Source: Treponemataceae bacterium
GTDB taxonomy: Bacteria; Spirochaetota; Spirochaetia; Treponematales; Rectinemataceae
NCBI GenBank assembly: GCA_963677895.2
Contig: CAXXGJ010000025.1
Location: forward strand, 192,001 to 256,000
Length of the DNA: 64,000 nt
Reading direction: 5' to 3'
Positions within the stretch are counted from its first letter, which is position 1; every line of letters begins with the position of its first letter. A program made the position numbers and the translations under genes. Below are positions 60,187 through 64,000 of this stretch, one piece after another. The notes beneath the pieces were generated by a model, which was not told where the DNA came from, ran no database searches, and worked only from the letters and a program-made list of their open reading frames with translations.

Positions 60187-60795
60187 CTATTTTAACATAT
60201 TTTCCACGATATGGGAGAGATTATGCTCATTTTTATCATAACAAAATGAGCCGAAACCGAGCGACGAGGCCGCGTCGCAGTATGCGCGCACGTCGTCGAT
60301 GTAGAGACAGTCGCCGGCCTCGAGTCCCGAATACTCGAGAAGCTTCATCCAGATCCTCGGATCGGGCTTCATGAAGCCTACTTTATAGGAAAGTATATGG
60401 AGCTCGGGAACCGAGGCCAGAATTTCATTGTTGAATATCATGCGGGCGTGGAGCCAGGAAGTGTTCGAGAGGACGAAGGTTCTGGCGCCGAGTTCCCTTG
60501 CCCTGATGAGTGCAGACTCGCCGTCGGGATTGGGGAGGATGATCTTCAGGTAATCCTCGACGAAACGCTCGAAGCCGTAGCCGGCATTCAGGCCCGTCGC
60601 TTCTCCGATCCGCCCGAAGTAGGCGCGTGAATCCAGAACTCCGGTTTCATGTTCATGCTCGAGGCTCCCATCCCAGACCGCGCGATCGAATTCCTCGGCC
60701 GAAAGACGGGAATGGGCCGACGCGGCGCGCGCGAAAGCCATCCTGTCCAGCCCGCAGAGGACGTTGCCAAAATCGAAAACCACGGCTTTATACAT
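60187..60795 (-). CDS. HAD-superfamily phosphatase (YihX-like)
   Basis: VVFDFGNVL, LSNT, MKPDPRI, YIDD. Confidence 0.9.
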   Translation of the reverse strand: MYKAVVFDFGNVLCGLDRMAFARAASAHSRLSAEEFDRAVWDGSLEHEHETGVLDSRAYFGRIGEATGLNAGYGFERFVEDYLKIILPNPDGESALIRARELGARTFVLSNTSWLHARMIFNNEILASVPELHILSYKVGFMKPDPRIWMKLLEYSGLEAGDCLYIDDVRAYCDAASSLGFGSFCYDKNEHNLSHIVENMLK

Positions 60796-60898
60796 CGCTT
60801 CCCCTTTTTCAAAAACCGGGCAAGGCGGCCGCAAGGACGCCTCCGCTTTTTCGGTTCAGCCCATTCCATAGGGCCGCTTTTTCATCGTACTATAAGGC

Positions 60899-61162
60899 AT
60901 GTCGGAAGAACAACCGAACAACCCCCTCCACGGACTCACGCTGGAGTACATTCTCACCCGCCTCGTCGAGCACTACGGATGGGAAAGCCTGGCCAGGCGC
61001 ATCACCATCCGCTGCTTCGAACTGGATCCGAGCATCAAATCCAGCTTGATTTTCCTGCGCCGGACGCCTTGGGCGCGCGAGAAGGTCGAGCGCCTCTACA
61101 TCAGGACGCGATTCAGGAAGCCGACGGGCGGAACCGAGCCCCCGAAAACGAAGACTCCGTGA
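60899..61162 (+). CDS. VF530 (DUF2132) family small DNA-binding protein
   Basis: [42 protein letters not shown]. Confidence 0.9.
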   Translation: MSEEQPNNPLHGLTLEYILTRLVEHYGWESLARRITIRCFELDPSIKSSLIFLRRTPWAREKVERLYIRTRFRKPTGGTEPPKTKTP

Positions 61163-62438
61163 ACATGGCGTCGAGCGACGCCAGATAAGCCTCCCTAGAA
61201 AATGACGGAACGAATTCTTCCTTTATAGAAGCGGCCTTGGCGCCACCATTCTCCGCCAGCGCGAACGCGGCGCGAAGGAGGATCCCCGCCGGCGCGAGAT
61301 AAGCGCGCTCCGGACTGGAGGGGGCGAAATCGGCGCCGTGGATGGTTCCGCGGAATCCCGAAAAGCCCAGCTGACAGGTGGGAACCAGGCTGGCGACATC
61401 CCCGATATCGTCCGAAGCGAAGGAACTGTCCTCGAAATCGATGCTTTTTCTATCAAGAACCGCCTGGGCGGCCTCGCCCAGGACTTTGCCCATGGCCGGC
61501 GAGGGGTGAAAGGCCTGATATCCGGGCGTGTTCCGGATTCTCACCGAGGCGCCCATGGCGAGGGCTCCCGCGCAGAAGGCCCTGTCCACCTTCTCCGCCA
61601 CGGTGACGATCGCGTCGTGGGAGGCTCCCCTGATATAGGTTTCGAGCAGGGCGCGGGAGGGCACCGAATTGATGGTGGTTCCGCCCTCGCTGAGGATGGG
61701 GTGGACGCGGATGTGGTCGGAATCGACGAAGGTCTCGCGCTGCGCGTGGATGGCGTGGAGAGCGATCGTCGCCGCGCCGAGGGCGTTGATGCCGTCTTCC
61801 GGATGGGCACCCGCGTGGGCGGCCTGGCCGATGAATTCGGCCCGCTTGGCCATGAAGCCGTTGAGGGTGCCGTTGACCGTGGCCTGACGCCCGGGAGAAT
61901 CGGACATGGAATGATACTTGAGGACGACACTCGCGTCCTCGAAGACGCCGAGGCGGATAAGTTCCTGTTTGCCCGAAAGATAGCGCAAGGCGCCTTTTTC
62001 GCGGAGCGCCATCCTGCGGTCGAGGTCGACGTATTCCTCGGCGGGGGCGCCGACGAAGAGGATGCGCGCCTTTTCACGCTCCGGCAGTCCCGCGGCCGCC
62101 AGGGCCTTGAACGCCGCGAGCATCACGGCCATCTGGGCATGGTGGCCGCAGGAGTGCGCCACGCCGCCCGGCGCCCCCTGGGTAAGCAGGGCGTCCATAT
62201 CGGCGAGGAACACGATGGCGGGGGCGCCGGGCGGCCCCAGTTCAGCCCTGATCCCCGTGCGGGCCAGGTTCCCTGTCACCCGCGCGCCCGTGGCCTCCAG
62301 CTCGCCCGCGAGGATATCGGCCGTTTCATGCTCGAAAAAGCCGAGTTCCGGCGTGGTCCGCAGCTTTTCGGCCAGTCCGAAGAGCCATTCCTTATCGTCT
62401 TCAAGGCACCGAAGCGCCGTTTCAAGGATTTCTTTCAT
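61113..62438 (-). CDS. M20D/ACY1L2-like amidohydrolase
   Basis: [44 protein letters not shown]. Confidence 0.9.
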   Translation of the reverse strand: MKEILETALRCLEDDKEWLFGLAEKLRTTPELGFFEHETADILAGELEATGARVTGNLARTGIRAELGPPGAPAIVFLADMDALLTQGAPGGVAHSCGHHAQMAVMLAAFKALAAAGLPEREKARILFVGAPAEEYVDLDRRMALREKGALRYLSGKQELIRLGVFEDASVVLKYHSMSDSPGRQATVNGTLNGFMAKRAEFIGQAAHAGAHPEDGINALGAATIALHAIHAQRETFVDSDHIRVHPILSEGGTTINSVPSRALLETYIRGASHDAIVTVAEKVDRAFCAGALAMGASVRIRNTPGYQAFHPSPAMGKVLGEAAQAVLDRKSIDFEDSSFASDDIGDVASLVPTCQLGFSGFRGTIHGADFAPSSPERAYLAPAGILLRAAFALAENGGAKAASIKEEFVPSFSREAYLASLDAMFTESSFSGARFRPSAS

Positions 62439-62644
62439 GAAAATATAATACCCGCGGGGAAATGCCTCAACAAGGATCCAGAGCCCTTTTCGCGGCCGCG
62501 AATGACGCAAATCCAGATTGTCCGGCCATGTTTCGTCGAAAAACCGGGAGTCCACGCCTTTACTGAAAAGCATTATAATGGTATTCAGATAGCTAACAAT
62601 TTCGACGGCTGCCCGACGAAACCGTCGATACAAGGAGACTTTGC

Positions 62645-63727
62645 ATGAAAAAGATCATTCTAGTTCTTAGCATCGTACTTGCCTGCGCGATGGCTTTGCC
62701 AGTCGCGGCTGCCGGCCCGGCGAAGGCGGACATATTCCTTCTCATCTCCGGATCGCTCGGTGATAAGGGATTCAACGATTCAGCCAAAGCCGGTCTCGAC
62801 ATGATCAAGGCCAAGTTCGGCGACCGCGTGACCACCAAATACACCGAACTCGGTTCGGACGCCGCCAAGTACTCTCCCGCCCTGGAAGACGCCGGCGCCG
62901 AAGGCTACGAAGTCGTCCTCTGCTCCAACAACTTCAACAACGCGGTCATGGAAGTCGCCGCCAGGTATCCCAAGACCCTCTACATCATGTACGACGGCTG
63001 GACCAAGGACGACATCGCCAACGTCTACTCCGTCCAGTTCAAGAACTCCGAAGCCGGCTACCTCGCCGGAGCCCTCGCCGGCCTCATGACCAGCACCAAG
63101 GGCAATGCCCAGATCAACCCCGAAAACGTCATCGGCTTCATCGGCGGACGCGACATCACCGGCATCAACGACTTCTTTGTCGGCTACATCGCCGGCGCCC
63201 AGAAAGTCTCTCCCTCCGTCAAGATCATCTACAATTACGTCAACTCCTTCACCGACACCGCCAAGGCCAAGGACCAGGCTCTGATCCAGATCAGGACCTA
63301 CAAAGCCGACGTGATTTACCATGCCGCCGGCCGCGCCGGCCTCGGCCTCTTCGACGCGGCTGCCGAAACCGGCAAGTACGCCATCGGCGTCGATACCGAC
63401 CAGGCTTCGCTCTTCGGCAGCGAACCCGCCAAGGCAGCCCAGATCCTCACCTCCACGATGAAGCGCGTCGACCTCACCCTCTTCCAGGCGGTAAGCCGCT
63501 TCATGGACGGCGAGAAGCTCGGCGGACAGAAAGTGTACATCGGCGCCGCTGAAGGCGCGATCGCCTATTCGGGCTTCAACAAGGCCATCCCCGCCGCCGT
63601 CCAGAAGGACCTTGAAAAGATCCAGGCCGAGATCAAGGCCGGTTCCATAAAGATTCCCTCCGCCTTCACGATGAGCGCGGACCAGATCAACGCGATGCGC
63701 GACGCCGTGAACGCGGCCAAGAACTGA
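62645..63727 (+). CDS. BMP-family (nucleoside-type) ABC substrate-binding protein
   Basis: LGDKGFNDSA, EAGYLAGALAG, ADVIYHAAG, AIGVDTDQ, ILTSTMKRVD. Confidence 0.93.
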   Translation: MKKIILVLSIVLACAMALPVAAAGPAKADIFLLISGSLGDKGFNDSAKAGLDMIKAKFGDRVTTKYTELGSDAAKYSPALEDAGAEGYEVVLCSNNFNNAVMEVAARYPKTLYIMYDGWTKDDIANVYSVQFKNSEAGYLAGALAGLMTSTKGNAQINPENVIGFIGGRDITGINDFFVGYIAGAQKVSPSVKIIYNYVNSFTDTAKAKDQALIQIRTYKADVIYHAAGRAGLGLFDAAAETGKYAIGVDTDQASLFGSEPAKAAQILTSTMKRVDLTLFQAVSRFMDGEKLGGQKVYIGAAEGAIAYSGFNKAIPAAVQKDLEKIQAEIKAGSIKIPSAFTMSADQINAMRDAVNAAKN

Positions 63728-63760
63728 TTAATTCCCGCAAAGCTGTTTGCACATGAACGG

Positions 63761-63793
63761 TGCCCACGCCTCTTGCGAGGAGTGGGCATTTTT
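63761..63793 (+). terminator. Hairpin plus U-tract after the BMP gene
   Basis: TGCCCAC-gCCTC-ttgc-GAGGa-GTGGGCA-TTTTT. Confidence 0.75.
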
Positions 63794-63834
63794 CTAATTT
63801 ATCCCGGCAACCGCGGGTTTCGAAGGAGGCGGCG

Positions 63835-64000
63835 GTGGATTTCATACTGGAAACGGAAGGCCTTAGCAAGGTGTATCCCAACGGCACCCTGGCCAACAAA
63901 CAAGTGAATTTCGGCGTGGCTCCCGGCGAGATCCTCGGCCTCGTAGGCGAAAACGGAGCGGGAAAATCCACGCTCATGAAGGTACTGTACGGCGAGGAGA
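63835..64000 (+). CDS. Nucleoside/sugar ABC ATPase, 5' partial (absent from the ORF track)
   Basis: SD AAGGAGG, GTG start; [44 protein letters not shown]. Confidence 0.9.
   Translation, partial: MDFILETEGLSKVYPNGTLANKQVNFGVAPGEILGLVGENGAGKSTLMKVLYGEE

Noticed and set aside
62439..62644. Purine riboswitch upstream of the BMP gene
   Set aside because: Conserved aptamer core not found; only a small hairpin (TCGACGG..CCGTCGA) before the SD
1..64000. CRISPR arrays, tRNA/rRNA genes, prophage, integrase or reverse transcriptase genes
   Set aside because: None recognised by eye; covariance-model and repeat scans would be needed to exclude small RNAs

Overview
This 64 kb window is bacterial chromosome, most likely from a Spirochaetota lineage (inferred from a SpiroCoCo-type coiled-coil gene, a spirochaete-type S21 and a def-fmt-PASTA-udg-priA gene order). 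The left ~37 kb is accessory DNA. It begins with an IS3 end abutting a broken IS630, then a decaying block: an OmpR/HisKA pair, a tannase-like hydrolase, a DUF4405 protein, and lipase and ferredoxin pseudogenes. Next is a 13.6 kb LysR-linked Opp/Dpp peptide-catabolism island, then a NarL-linked efflux locus (MFP, AcrB-type pump split by one TAA, PG0541-like protein, two TolC-like proteins, heterodimeric ABC exporter), then a porin-like surface protein and a low-GC lipoprotein. The right ~27 kb is mostly housekeeping: ackA, a RelE/Phd toxin-antitoxin pair, priA, udg, a GH2, fmt, def, rpsU, M23, deoD, RluA, a phosphatase-flanked ABC importer and the start of a BMP ABC importer. The best candidate for an undescribed system is the peptide island. 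Three of its five hydrolases have non-canonical metal-ligand motifs: both M20 paralogs carry the same H>M, D>N and D/E>N changes, and the AstE/AspA-family enzyme has HGDA instead of HGDE. rpsU probably starts at ATC. I recognised no rRNA, tRNA or CRISPR array. All family calls come from reading motifs by eye; no database search was run.
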